Position numbers and translations under genes: made by a program
NCBI GenBank assembly: GCA_964419945.1
Contig: CAYQRU010000004.1
Coordinates: 2,299 to 66,298 of the forward strand
Length of the DNA stretch: 64,000 nucleotides
Direction: 5' to 3'
From: an uncultured Bacteroidales bacterium
Lineage (GTDB): Bacteria; Bacteroidota; Bacteroidia; Bacteroidales; JAAYJT01
Shown: positions 21,351-31,531 of the stretch, piece by piece
Numbering within the stretch: the first letter of the stretch is position 1
Layout of the letters: each line of letters starts with the position of its first letter
The notes under the pieces: generated by a model
Database searches by the model: none
Seen by the model: the letters and a program-made list of their open reading frames with translations, nothing else
Told to the model about the DNA's origin: nothing

Positions 21351-23534
21351 TTATAAATTATTTTTCAGAAAGTCTGTCATCGTTCTGAACAGGTGAATAC
21401 GTGTATTACCTCCATAGATTCCATGATCCCTGTTAGGATAGATCATCATTTCGAATTGTTTTTTCGATTCGATCAGAGCATCAGCCATCGCAATGGAGTT
21501 TTCAACATGTACATTATCATCAGCAGAGCCATGAACCAACAGAAGCTTTCCCTTCAGCATGTCAGTAAAATTGATGGGCGAATGATCGTCGTATCCCTGA
21601 GGATTTTCCTTAGGTGTGCGCATAAAACGTTCAGTGTAAATATTATCGTAGAATCGCCATGAAGTCACAGAAGCAACAGCAATCCCTGCGCTGAAGAAAT
21701 CACTTCCCTTAGTCATACACAGCAGAGCCATATATCCACCATAACTCCATCCAAATACACCAATACGGCTTTTGTCAACATAAGGAAGTGAACCTAAATA
21801 CTTTGCCGATTCTGTCATATCAAGTGTTTCGTATTTTCCAAGCTGCAGATAAGTCATTTTTTTAAATTCTTCTCCACGTGCCTGTGTACCACGTGTATCA
21901 ACTGATACGACTATATATCCCTGCTGTGCCAGCATTTGAAACCAAACTGCTTGCGAACGTCCCCAGGTATTGGTTACCGTTTGCGATCCGGGCCCGGCAT
22001 ACACATACATCAATACCGGATATTTTTTTTGGGGGTCAAAATCCGGAGGTTTCAGCATCCATCCGTTCAACAAAATTAATTCACTTGTGGTGAAGTTAAA
22101 GAATTCGATATCAGTAAAATTATATTCATCTAATAGGGATTTTAGCTGCGAATTGTCTTCAAGAATACGAATAACTCTTCCCGTCCTGTTGTTCACCGTG
22201 ATAACTGGTGGTTTATTGGCTGTTTGATAAGTACCAATATAAAATTCAAAACTCTTGCTGAAGATGGCTGAATTACTACCGGTATCATCTGAAAGTACTT
22301 CCTCGTCTTTACCATGGATATTGATACTGTATATTTCCCTGTTCATTGGCGAAACCCTGGCTGCCTGAAAGTAAATTCTTTCGTTTGCAGGATCAATTCC
22401 GTATAGAGCGGTTACATCCCAGTTTCCTGATGTTACAGGCCTTATCAGTTTTCCTGATATGTCACAGAGATAAATATGGTTAAAGCCACTTTGTTCACTG
22501 GTAATTAAAAAATGCTTTTTATCATTCAGAAATGTGAGATCATCTGTGATTTCAATGTAGTATTTATTCTTTTCACTATAGATTACTCTGGTTTTACCGG
22601 TGTTTGCATCGGCAATTACTATTTCAAGGTGGTTCTGATGCCGGTTTAAGCGCTGAAACGCCAGTAATGACTGATCAGGCATCCATTGAAAACGGGGCAG
22701 ATAAATATCAGATTCTTCTCCTGTGTCAACCTGAATAGTAACTCCTGATGATACATTATATATATGTATGGTAACCACAGAATTATCTTCTCCGGCTTTA
22801 GGATATCTGAATTTGTGATGATCCGGATAAAGTTCACCGTAATTCACCATCCAGAACTCCCTGACCCGGCTTTCATCAAAACGCATGAAAGCAATATATT
22901 TGCCGTCTGGCGACCAATGGAATCCTTTGGTGACAGAAAATTCTTCTTCGTATACCCAGTCGGTGGTTCCATTAATAATATTTCTTTCACGACCATCGTA
23001 TGTAATTTGTGATTCAAGGCCTGTAAGCAAATCAACTATAAACAGATTATTATTGCGCACGAATGCCACTTTTTTACCATCGGGCGAAAAATCAGCAAGT
23101 CGCTGTTTGCCATTCCCGCTGAGTGGCATCAGTTTTTGATTTGTACGATCGTAAATAAAATAAGAAGATTGGGTAGAGTGACGGTAAATGCTTTCAGTTT
23201 CGGTGGGTAACAGAATTTTGCTTTCATCTTTGCTGAAAGAGTACCCTGATAATTTCAATGGTTTTTCTGCACCTTCAGGAATAAGCATACCTTCATGAAG
23301 TATGGTTTGAACGAGTTTCCCATCCTTGTAACGATACTGGTTTACAGAATCTTTTTCTTTTACGGTATAGTGCAGGCCATCGTTCATTGATACCAATCCA
23401 TACACACCTCTGGAGTTGAATTTCCCTGATTCCCAGATATCTTCGAGTGTGATTGATTTTTTGGTTTCCTGAGCAGAGACATTGAATAACCATACAACCA
23501 GGACTGGCAGTATAAATCGTTTTGTTTGTTTCAT
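21351..23534 (-). CDS. Dipeptidyl-peptidase IV, family S9B, exported (start taken at ATG 23534)
   Basis: GWSYGG nucleophile motif, DWVYEEE, ADDNVH, HGIYGG; signal peptide ending VSA-Q. Confidence 0.93.
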   Translation of the reverse strand: MKQTKRFILPVLVVWLFNVSAQETKKSITLEDIWESGKFNSRGVYGLVSMNDGLHYTVKEKDSVNQYRYKDGKLVQTILHEGMLIPEGAEKPLKLSGYSFSKDESKILLPTETESIYRHSTQSSYFIYDRTNQKLMPLSGNGKQRLADFSPDGKKVAFVRNNNLFIVDLLTGLESQITYDGRERNIINGTTDWVYEEEFSVTKGFHWSPDGKYIAFMRFDESRVREFWMVNYGELYPDHHKFRYPKAGEDNSVVTIHIYNVSSGVTIQVDTGEESDIYLPRFQWMPDQSLLAFQRLNRHQNHLEIVIADANTGKTRVIYSEKNKYYIEITDDLTFLNDKKHFLITSEQSGFNHIYLCDISGKLIRPVTSGNWDVTALYGIDPANERIYFQAARVSPMNREIYSINIHGKDEEVLSDDTGSNSAIFSKSFEFYIGTYQTANKPPVITVNNRTGRVIRILEDNSQLKSLLDEYNFTDIEFFNFTTSELILLNGWMLKPPDFDPQKKYPVLMYVYAGPGSQTVTNTWGRSQAVWFQMLAQQGYIVVSVDTRGTQARGEEFKKMTYLQLGKYETLDMTESAKYLGSLPYVDKSRIGVFGWSYGGYMALLCMTKGSDFFSAGIAVASVTSWRFYDNIYTERFMRTPKENPQGYDDHSPINFTDMLKGKLLLVHGSADDNVHVENSIAMADALIESKKQFEMMIYPNRDHGIYGGNTRIHLFRTMTDFLKNNL

Positions 23535-23709
23535 AGTCAGAGCAGGTTTGGATTTAATAAGAAAGAATTGAATGTTTGCCAAACGTCACCCTGACAAAGA
23601 AAGTATAAATTACCATAACAGAGAACAACTTTAAACGATATGATTACTTTTGTTGGTCTTTTCTATCAGCACTTTTATTTTTACACAATAATAGCTCTCA
23701 GAAACCGGA

Positions 23710-24537
23710 ATGAGCCAGGAGATACGATATTTATTACCTTTCGAAATACCGAAGGAGGAACCCTATGTCCCAGTTTATCAAACCGGTGATTCATTGCAGA
23801 CAGATTCACTTTCCTGTACCCTGCCATGGCTGGCAACATCATCTGCGCCGGATTTTCGAACCCAACGACCAGATGCCGGTGATATTATTACTGGCAGGCA
23901 TTTCGACTGGATTACACTAATTCTGACCGGATGTTTCATACTGGTAGCTGCTGCAAAATATAATTTCCCGAAGCGGTTAGCGCAACTATTAAAAGCCAGC
24001 CTGATACCCCGGGCGGCCAATCAACTGTACCGTCAGGGAAATCCTTTTCAGGAACAGATTTCATATATACTTGGCGTCATTTACCTGCTTACTTCCTCCC
24101 TTTTCATTTTTCTTATTATTGATAAACAGGGATGGCTGCCTCCGGTATCCTACCGCTCAGAATACTTGTATGCTGTTATTGTTGTGGCTAATTCTTTTTA
24201 CTGGCTGTGTAAAGCGATGCTCATCCGTTCACTGGCACATATATTCAAAACCTACGAGGCTACAACAGGCTATTTACTTAACAACCTTATATTCAATATG
24301 ACACTTGGTGTGTTTTTACTGATAGTGTTGCCTTTCATTGTATATACAGGATCAGAGGTGCTTTTATTCATTACAATGATATTTGTTTCAATCATATTGA
24401 TATACAAAGTATTGAGAAGTGTATCTGTTGGTTTGTCCATTACTTATTTTCCTGTCTTCTATTTAATTCTTTACATTTGTATGATTGAACTTGCGCCATT
24501 GCTAATCCTTGCCAGGCTCTTTATGTCTTATTCTTAA
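23710..24537 (+). CDS. DUF4271-like membrane protein
   Basis: Multiple TM helices; C-terminal FYLILYICMIELAPLLIL typical of this Bacteroidota family. Confidence 0.7.
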   Translation: MSQEIRYLLPFEIPKEEPYVPVYQTGDSLQTDSLSCTLPWLATSSAPDFRTQRPDAGDIITGRHFDWITLILTGCFILVAAAKYNFPKRLAQLLKASLIPRAANQLYRQGNPFQEQISYILGVIYLLTSSLFIFLIIDKQGWLPPVSYRSEYLYAVIVVANSFYWLCKAMLIRSLAHIFKTYEATTGYLLNNLIFNMTLGVFLLIVLPFIVYTGSEVLLFITMIFVSIILIYKVLRSVSVGLSITYFPVFYLILYICMIELAPLLILARLFMSYS

Positions 24538-24617
24538 TATTTTACAGAGAGCTGACAAATTACAAGAAATCAGATTGATTCAAAGTAATTAACCATCTTA
24601 AACTATAATTCTCAAAA

Positions 24618-25007
24618 ATGCCGGGATTCAAAAAAAGCGAGCGACTCAGTGGCCAGATGAAGATTGAATCATTGTTTGAAGACGGAAATTCTTTCTTTGT
24701 GTATCCATTTAAGGTATTTTGGCTGACAAATAATGAAATACATGATTCTCCCGCACAAATTCTGATTAGTGTTCCCAGGAAGAAATTTAAAAATGCTGTC
24801 ACACGTAATCTTTTGAAGCGACGCATCAGGGAGATTTACCGAAAAAACAAAGCCTTGTTGTATGAGCATCTTGTTGCCAGGAAAAGGCATTGCCTCCTGG
24901 CACTGATATATACGGAACAACAGATACTCAAATCGGCTGAGCTTGAACCGAAAATAATTGTAATTTTACAGCGTTTAATGCAGGAAAATGAAAAGATTAT
25001 TGGGTAG
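24618..25007 (+). CDS. rnpA: Ribonuclease P protein component
   Basis: [33 protein letters not shown] (RNR-type motif). Confidence 0.95.
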   Translation: MPGFKKSERLSGQMKIESLFEDGNSFFVYPFKVFWLTNNEIHDSPAQILISVPRKKFKNAVTRNLLKRRIREIYRKNKALLYEHLVARKRHCLLALIYTEQQILKSAELEPKIIVILQRLMQENEKIIG

Positions 25008-25209
25008 TTTCTTTGTAATGCTCATCCGCTTTTATCAATATGCCATATCTCCATATCTCATGCCTTCCTGCCGGTACTCACCATCATGCTCAGAATATGG
25101 CGTTGAAGCAATCCGAAAGCATGGCCCACTTAAAGGAGGATGGCTCACCTTAAAACGCTTTCTGTCATGCAATCCCTGGGGTGGAAGCGGCTATGATCCG
25201 GTTCCCTGA
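24988..25209 (+). CDS. yidD: Membrane protein insertion efficiency factor YidD
   Basis: [42 protein letters not shown]. Confidence 0.96.
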   Translation: MKRLLGSFFVMLIRFYQYAISPYLMPSCRYSPSCSEYGVEAIRKHGPLKGGWLTLKRFLSCNPWGGSGYDPVP

Positions 25210-25241
25210 CTTTTTTCAATCAGAAATCAAGAATATAAAAT

Positions 25242-26942
25242 ATGAATAGTAAAAGCAAAACATTTCATCAGAAGACTGCGGCAGGTATCATGCTGCTGGT
25301 TTTACTCATGTTGCAAACCATCGTATCAGGCCAGGCAAGAAATGATTTTGAAATTGCCAAAAACCTCGATATTTTTTCAACCCTTTACAGGACACTGAAC
25401 GCAAATTATGTTGACGACCTGAAGCATGGGAAATTATTTGAAACGGCCATTGTATCAATGCTTGAATCGCTTGATCCGTATACCAATTACATCCCTGAAT
25501 CACAGCGTGAAGACTACTTGTTCATGACCACCGGGCAATATGGAGGAATTGGTGCTATTATTCAGCAACGTGGGGATTATGTGATCATCAGCGAACCTTA
25601 CCAAGGAGCTCCTGCCCAAAAGGCAGGATTGATAGCAGGTGATAAAATACTGGAAATCAACGGACATTCGGCAAAGAACAAAACCGTTTCGGATGTTAGT
25701 GCAATTCTGAAAGGACAACCTGGAACTGACCTAAATGTCTTAATTGAAAGAGTGAATAAAAATGAGCCCATCCTGATTTCAATAACACGCGAAAATGTAA
25801 AGGTTGACGATATTCCATACTACGGACTGCTTGAGCATGATATCGCTTACATTAATCTTTCAGGATTTACTCAAACTGCGTCCGCAGAGTTCAAAAAGGC
25901 TTTTAAAGATCTTGTTGCCAAAGCGGAACTGAAAGGCCTGATTATTGACCTGCGTGGCAACGGTGGTGGATTGCTTACTGAAGCTGTTGAAATTGTTGGC
26001 ATGTTTATCCCACAGGGCGAAATTGTGGTTAGCACAAAAGGCAAACTCAGTGAGTCGAACCGGGTTCATAAAACAACCTCTCAACCACATAACCTGGATA
26101 TTCCGATTGCTGTCCTGGTTGACAATAACTCTGCCTCGGCTTCTGAAATTGTTGCAGGAGCATTTCAGGATCTCGACAGAGCTGTGATTATCGGGCAAAG
26201 AACCCTGGGTAAAGGATTGGTTCAGAATGTAATACCGCTTACTTACAATACAAGCCTGAAGGTAACCGTCGCTAAATACTATATTCCCAGTGGCCGTTGC
26301 ATTCAGGCCATTGATTATTTTCATGAAGATGAAAACGGCGAACCAATCGTCATCCCAGATTCTCTGAAAACGGCGTTTACAACCCGCAATGGCAGGACTG
26401 TTTTCGAATCTGCCGGCATTGAACCTGATATCATGATCGAACCGCGTTCCTTCGGAAGCATCACACGTGCTCTGATCTCGAATTATCTGATTTTTGATTT
26501 CGCGAACCAATATTATATCAAAAACAAGGAGATTGCTACAGCCGAAGAATTTGAGATCACTGAGCAGATTTATGAAGAATTTAAAGATTATGTTTCAAAA
26601 AATAAAGTGGAGTATAAGACCTCTGCAGAAAATGCATTGGATCAATTGAAGCAATCAATCAGTAAGGAAACGGATGACAGCAAAACACGGGAAATGATTC
26701 TTGGAATTGAACAGGAAATAGCTTCAGTAAAGGAGAAAGATTTAATTACTTATCAAACTGAGATCAGGCAGATGCTGCTTTCGGAGATTGTTTCGCGGTA
26801 CTACTTCCAACGGGGAAGGGTGGTTTCAACGCTGCCTAAGGACAGGTCAGTGAAGAAAGCACTGGAAGTTTTGCACGACCGGGAGCAATACCAGAATGCC
26901 ACTGGAAATGGTTCAAACCCAACCATTAAAGACAAAGGCTGA
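25242..26942 (+). CDS. C-terminal processing protease, family S41 (PDZ plus catalytic domain)
   Basis: LDPYT, GIGA PDZ loop, IIDLRGNGGG, SASASEIVAG, GKGLVQ. Confidence 0.93.
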   Translation: MNSKSKTFHQKTAAGIMLLVLLMLQTIVSGQARNDFEIAKNLDIFSTLYRTLNANYVDDLKHGKLFETAIVSMLESLDPYTNYIPESQREDYLFMTTGQYGGIGAIIQQRGDYVIISEPYQGAPAQKAGLIAGDKILEINGHSAKNKTVSDVSAILKGQPGTDLNVLIERVNKNEPILISITRENVKVDDIPYYGLLEHDIAYINLSGFTQTASAEFKKAFKDLVAKAELKGLIIDLRGNGGGLLTEAVEIVGMFIPQGEIVVSTKGKLSESNRVHKTTSQPHNLDIPIAVLVDNNSASASEIVAGAFQDLDRAVIIGQRTLGKGLVQNVIPLTYNTSLKVTVAKYYIPSGRCIQAIDYFHEDENGEPIVIPDSLKTAFTTRNGRTVFESAGIEPDIMIEPRSFGSITRALISNYLIFDFANQYYIKNKEIATAEEFEITEQIYEEFKDYVSKNKVEYKTSAENALDQLKQSISKETDDSKTREMILGIEQEIASVKEKDLITYQTEIRQMLLSEIVSRYYFQRGRVVSTLPKDRSVKKALEVLHDREQYQNATGNGSNPTIKDKG

Positions 26943-26998
26943 AAGCGTCAACCTGAAACAGATCATACCGGTATTCGGATCACAGAAATAGCAAATGA

Positions 26999-27487
26999 AT
27001 GAAAGATAGTACTTTTAAGATAAAAATTACCGAGTTCGACCGAAGCAGCGACCTTCCTGCATCTGACCAGGATTTGGTTCATCTGGCTTTTAAAGCTGCC
27101 CGGAAAGCCTACTCACCTTACTCAGGCTTTGCTGTAGGAGCAGCGTTACGCCTTGCCAACGGAGTGCTTGTTTCGGGTAACAACCAGGAAAACGCAGCTT
27201 ATCCTTCAGGGCTTTGTGCCGAGCGTGTGGCCATGTTTTATGCAGCTTCACAATACCCCGGAATAGCCATTGAATCAATTGCTATCGTCGCACAGGATGG
27301 CAATGCCGACCTGAAGGAGCCGGTTACCCCATGTGGTGCCTGTCGTCAGGTGATGGTGGAGTACGAACAATTGCATCAGATTGACTTACGGGTGATACTT
27401 GCCACGGAATCAGGTAAGTGCATTGTTGTGGATGGCATGGAGAATCTGTTACCTCTGGCATTTCTTAAGAAATATCTGTCGAAATAG
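26999..27487 (+). CDS. cdd: Cytidine deaminase
   Basis: AYSPYSGFAVGAA, NQENAAYPSGLCAER, PCGACRQ zinc motif. Confidence 0.93.
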   Translation: MKDSTFKIKITEFDRSSDLPASDQDLVHLAFKAARKAYSPYSGFAVGAALRLANGVLVSGNNQENAAYPSGLCAERVAMFYAASQYPGIAIESIAIVAQDGNADLKEPVTPCGACRQVMVEYEQLHQIDLRVILATESGKCIVVDGMENLLPLAFLKKYLSK

Positions 27488-27610
27488 GCAGGAGGTTCAG
27501 TACAGCAGATGTTTCATGCAATTGCTGTACTTTTGGCTCCCAAACCCAGACAGAGGGTTGTAGATGAAGTATTTTTTTTTGATAAACATTCTGCTAAAAG
27601 CAATAATTTT

Positions 27611-28492
27611 ATGAAAACCATCCTTGGACAAACCAGTCTTGTTATTACGCTCACCATGATAAGCACTTTTCTTTTTGCTGAGAAACCTGCATACATGCTT
27701 TACGAGGCCAACGGTAAGCCCGTCAAATACTCAAGACTCCTCAAGGATGCCAGGTATGCCGATATCATCCTGTTTGGAGAACTGCACAACAATCCCATCT
27801 GCCATTGGCTGCAACTTGAACTAACCAGGGATATGTATTTGCAGTCGGGTGAGAGACTGATCCTGGGTGCGGAAATGTTTGAAAGCGACAATGCATTGAT
27901 TTTGAGTGAGTATATTACCAATAAGATCAGAACACGCAATTTTGAAGCTGAAGCCAAATTGTGGCCAAATTATAAAACGGATTACAAACCGCTGGTAGAA
28001 TTTGCCCGTGAAAAAGGTATACCTTTCGTAGCAACAAATGTTCCACGGCGCTATGCTGCTGCAGTGAACAGCGGTGGTTTTGAAGCGCTTGAAATCCTTT
28101 CAGAGGAAGCCAGATCGCTCATTGCTCCGCTTCCCGTGGTTTTTGACCCCGAATTACCGCAGTACAAAAAAATGGCCTCGATGATGGGCGGTCAGATGGG
28201 TGATCACAGCAACATTAACATTGTGAAAGCACAGGCGCTGAAAGATGCCACCATGGCACATTTCATTCTGGAAAATTTCGTACCGGGAAAGGTTTTTCTG
28301 CACTTTCACGGCAGTTTCCATACTGATTTCTATGAAGGAATCGTGTGGTACCTGCGGCAGCGGAATCCCTCGCTCAGGATTATCACCATCAGCAGTACGG
28401 AACTCGGTAATATCAGCGATTTCCCTGAAGAACAAAAAGGAGCAGCCGATTATATCATCGCTACACCTGACACAATGACCAAAACCCATTGA
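27611..28492 (+). CDS. ChaN-like (heme/cofactor-binding) exported protein (start taken at ATG 27611)
   Basis: ADIILFGELHNNP, EMFE, FVATNVPRR, AQALKDATMA, HFHGSFH; a TACTTTTG -7 element lies upstream of this start. Confidence 0.75.
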   Translation: MKTILGQTSLVITLTMISTFLFAEKPAYMLYEANGKPVKYSRLLKDARYADIILFGELHNNPICHWLQLELTRDMYLQSGERLILGAEMFESDNALILSEYITNKIRTRNFEAEAKLWPNYKTDYKPLVEFAREKGIPFVATNVPRRYAAAVNSGGFEALEILSEEARSLIAPLPVVFDPELPQYKKMASMMGGQMGDHSNINIVKAQALKDATMAHFILENFVPGKVFLHFHGSFHTDFYEGIVWYLRQRNPSLRIITISSTELGNISDFPEEQKGAADYIIATPDTMTKTH

Positions 28493-28754
28493 TCCATTGA
28501 CGATGCCGGGGATTTTTCCGGGCTGCAGCAAAGGTAAGTTATCCCGGTTGCAGCGTTTTCTTTGAGCAGCTTGCATACCGTTGTAAGCAACAAAATCCTA
28601 TTTTTGTTCTCCTAAGCCATGCTGTTACTGATCCCCATGTCAAAAACCCTCATCACCCAGTAATACAACCTTTTTGACAAAGTCATTAGAGTTTATTGCA
28701 TTTAAATGGAAAGGCCTGATTAAAATGAAATTCATAATCTTCCTGGTATATTTC

Positions 28755-28874
28755 AATAAATTCAACACCTGCCACTTCGCCGATTACAAGGCAAAAGTAA
28801 TTGACCTGCTGAAACGGGTTTGTACGGTGAGCGTGGAGACGGTGAGGATAGAGGGGGAGATGGAGAATGCTTGA
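28755..28874 (+). pseudogene. C-terminal remnant of a type ISP restriction-modification enzyme
   Basis: NKFNTCHFADYKAKVIDLLKRVCTVSVETVRIEGEM resembles the type ISP C-terminus (recalled pattern FNTYRFADYKEKVIDLL.RVT.VSVET); there is no upstream helicase or MTase coding sequence. Confidence 0.6.
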
Positions 28875-29108
28875 TCAAACTTACACGCTTTGCCACACAT
28901 ACTCGTAGGAAATATCATAGTCCTATTGCGGTTTCATCCAATACTCCCTGAAATCCAAGGCTAACTTTTATAAGAAAACCCCAAAGATGATCCGACCAAT
29001 CCCGGAAGTTCCGGATCAACATTTTGATGCGCAGTTGGTACACTTTTCAATGCCGGGATTATCACAGATACTGCCCACATTTATTATTCCCGCCCGCTCC
29101 TGAAGGGT

Positions 29109-31508
29109 TCATGGCAGGCGGTCAGGAGTCCATGTTTCTTTACGATCAGTCTGGGATAATCCGTATCCCATTCTCAAAAAGATCAACCTTCCCGGGTTTT
29201 CATTGAGATTGTCGTCAATATACTTCACGTCGAAGATATTATCAATTTGCAGCGATGCGGTGAAGTGTTTCCTGAAGGTCTTGTCAAACCGTATGTTGAT
29301 GATCATATACTCATCGAAACGGTCGGCAAAAAAATACTCTGTATCCCTGGTATTCCATTCATTGATCCAGGTTTTGCCATGAAACTTTGCCAGCACAGAA
29401 GTACTAAAGTATTTTTGCTGCCACCTTATACCACCCGATAATTTATGGGTAGGAAGGTCAGTCAGATATTTCCCTGTCAGCACAGAATCAACAGTAATAT
29501 CTTTCACGTTGTGCCTGATAATCTTAGCTTTTGTAAAAGTGTAGTTGCCAAAACAGGAAAGATCTTCTGTAATGTCAAACCTGATCTCGGTTTCCATACC
29601 GCTGATCCCAACCCGCCCGATATTACTTCTGGAAATTATCGGAGCACGTCTGTAGCCCATATTCACGGTGTCGCCGGTGCTGGTGAAGTACATAAAATCT
29701 TCGCCTATACTATGAAACAGCGAAGCAGTAAGCAGCAGACTATTCCTGACCAAAACATCGCTTCCAAGTTCAAACGCATCAATCAGTTCAGGTTTCAGTC
29801 CTGGATTAGCAATGGCAAAGGTACCCCTTCTGTTTGCGGTACGGCTCAGGTCATCGAGTACCGGGGACCTGAATCCCCTCGCATAAGAAACAAAGATCCT
29901 TGAATTGTCAGCATAATTGAAGCGTAGTGAGAGACGGGGCGACAACGCATCCCAGCTTTTCATGGGCAGGTTGTGTGTTTCATAATTTTTGTAAAAGGCA
30001 ATCGAATAGGAAGGAAAATCAATGGAGAAATGCGCGTCGCTGAAACGGGCGTAATCGTATCTGATTCCGGCATTTAATGCCAGCTTGTTCTTCAGGATCA
30101 CAAACTCGTCCTGGAGGTATACGGCCATGATATCAAGCTTGCCGGAATTTTTAATTATGTCAGTAGAAGTGAAATAGACATCCCGGCCATCTACGGAACC
30201 TGATTTACCGCTCAATCCCGCACTGATTTTGTGTCTGCTGAATCTGTACAGGTCAAAATCCAGGTTCACACCCACATCTTTTCTGGTAGCATCTGCTTCG
30301 TAAAGTTTGTATTCTCCTTCGTTCATGTACTCGTACACCCTGAAATATTTCTCAGTGTTGTTATATATATTCAATTGCCATTTCAGTTGCTTATACATTC
30401 CGCGGTATTTCGTCATCAGAAACAAGGTCTGATGCCGGGAGAAGGCCCCGAAATCATCGAAAACTTTCACCCCGTTCCCGCGTTTGTCATGAAAATACTG
30501 CGCATGAAGTTCCACCTCGTGGTTATCGCCATAATCAAAACCTGTCTTCAATGCTGTGGCATATTCCTCAAGGTAAGCAGGTACAAGAATAGTATCTTCT
30601 TTGGTATGAAATACTTCGGGTGTGGTGATGTAACCATCACTATGTCGCGTATTGGCTGTAAGATCCCAGAAGAATGGCAATTCTCCCTTACCCGTTTTTT
30701 GTGTACCCGAAAATCTTAGATCACCACTAATAGTATTCAGGCTGCCATATTCCAGGTTAATTTCTCCTCCGGGTTTTTCTGAAGGTCGTCTGGTTCTGAT
30801 CTCTATCACACCTCCCATGGCGCTGCTACCGTATTTGGCAGGACCGGGACCTTTGATCACATGTATCTCTTCCAGGTTGTTTTTCTGTAATGCATTCCAG
30901 TTAACCGAACCTCCGTCAGCTTTATTGAGGGGCATTCCATCCATGACCACCAGCGTACGGCTTTGATCATTGGCTGGCATTCCACGCATGGAAACGACTG
31001 CTCTGCTTGAGAAGATACCTGTAGTGCTGCTGCTAATAACTCCTGAAGTAAAATCGAGCATCTGGCTGATGCTTATGGTAGGGGATGTTGTAATTTCCTG
31101 TAGGTCAATTGTGTGAATCCTCTGTGGCTGCTGTAAATGCATCTGAACCTTGTGTGCAATGATCTCAACAGGATCAGCCACAAAAACAGTGTCTTCGAGT
31201 AAGATAGTTACAAAATTTCTTTGCCCGGGTTTTACCTCCACATTGACTTCTTTCTTCTGATAGCCTATATGACTTACAACAACATCATAACTACCAGCAC
31301 CCAGTCCGGAAATGATGAAATTTCCTTCGGCGTCAGATGTACTCCCGGCTTTCCGGTATTTGATGATTATGTTGGCTCCGTTCACAACCTGTCCGGATGA
31401 TGCCGAAATCACTTTTCCATGCAATGATTCCTGCCTGGATTGAGCAAACGAATCAACCCAAAGCATATGAATGATCAACAGGAATAATACAAACTGTATT
31501 TTAACCAT
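29109..31508 (-). CDS. TonB-dependent receptor (non-SusC, BtuB/CirA-like) with carboxypeptidase-regulatory-like N-terminal domain
   Basis: Signal peptide; GKVISASSGQVVNGANII N-domain; plug motifs SMRGM, TLVVMDGMPL, IHVIKGPGPAKYGSSAMGGVI; barrel motifs NPGLKPE, QIDNIFD. Confidence 0.92.
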   Translation of the reverse strand: MVKIQFVLFLLIIHMLWVDSFAQSRQESLHGKVISASSGQVVNGANIIIKYRKAGSTSDAEGNFIISGLGAGSYDVVVSHIGYQKKEVNVEVKPGQRNFVTILLEDTVFVADPVEIIAHKVQMHLQQPQRIHTIDLQEITTSPTISISQMLDFTSGVISSSTTGIFSSRAVVSMRGMPANDQSRTLVVMDGMPLNKADGGSVNWNALQKNNLEEIHVIKGPGPAKYGSSAMGGVIEIRTRRPSEKPGGEINLEYGSLNTISGDLRFSGTQKTGKGELPFFWDLTANTRHSDGYITTPEVFHTKEDTILVPAYLEEYATALKTGFDYGDNHEVELHAQYFHDKRGNGVKVFDDFGAFSRHQTLFLMTKYRGMYKQLKWQLNIYNNTEKYFRVYEYMNEGEYKLYEADATRKDVGVNLDFDLYRFSRHKISAGLSGKSGSVDGRDVYFTSTDIIKNSGKLDIMAVYLQDEFVILKNKLALNAGIRYDYARFSDAHFSIDFPSYSIAFYKNYETHNLPMKSWDALSPRLSLRFNYADNSRIFVSYARGFRSPVLDDLSRTANRRGTFAIANPGLKPELIDAFELGSDVLVRNSLLLTASLFHSIGEDFMYFTSTGDTVNMGYRRAPIISRSNIGRVGISGMETEIRFDITEDLSCFGNYTFTKAKIIRHNVKDITVDSVLTGKYLTDLPTHKLSGGIRWQQKYFSTSVLAKFHGKTWINEWNTRDTEYFFADRFDEYMIINIRFDKTFRKHFTASLQIDNIFDVKYIDDNLNENPGRLIFLRMGYGLSQTDRKETWTPDRLP

Positions 31509-31531
31509 TGCTATAGAGACTTCCGGAAATA

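Noticed and set aside
21615-21642. dif-like sequence (TGTGCGCATAA matches the E. coli XerC arm at 10 of 11)
   Set aside because: The XerD arm does not match, and the bases encode the conserved YTERFMRTP of the S9 peptidase, so it is probably coincidence.
28493-28670. Short imperfect repeat CCGGGCTGCAGC / CCGGTTGCAGC after the ChaN-like gene
   Set aside because: Only two degenerate copies with no regular spacing; not a CRISPR array, REP element or IS end.
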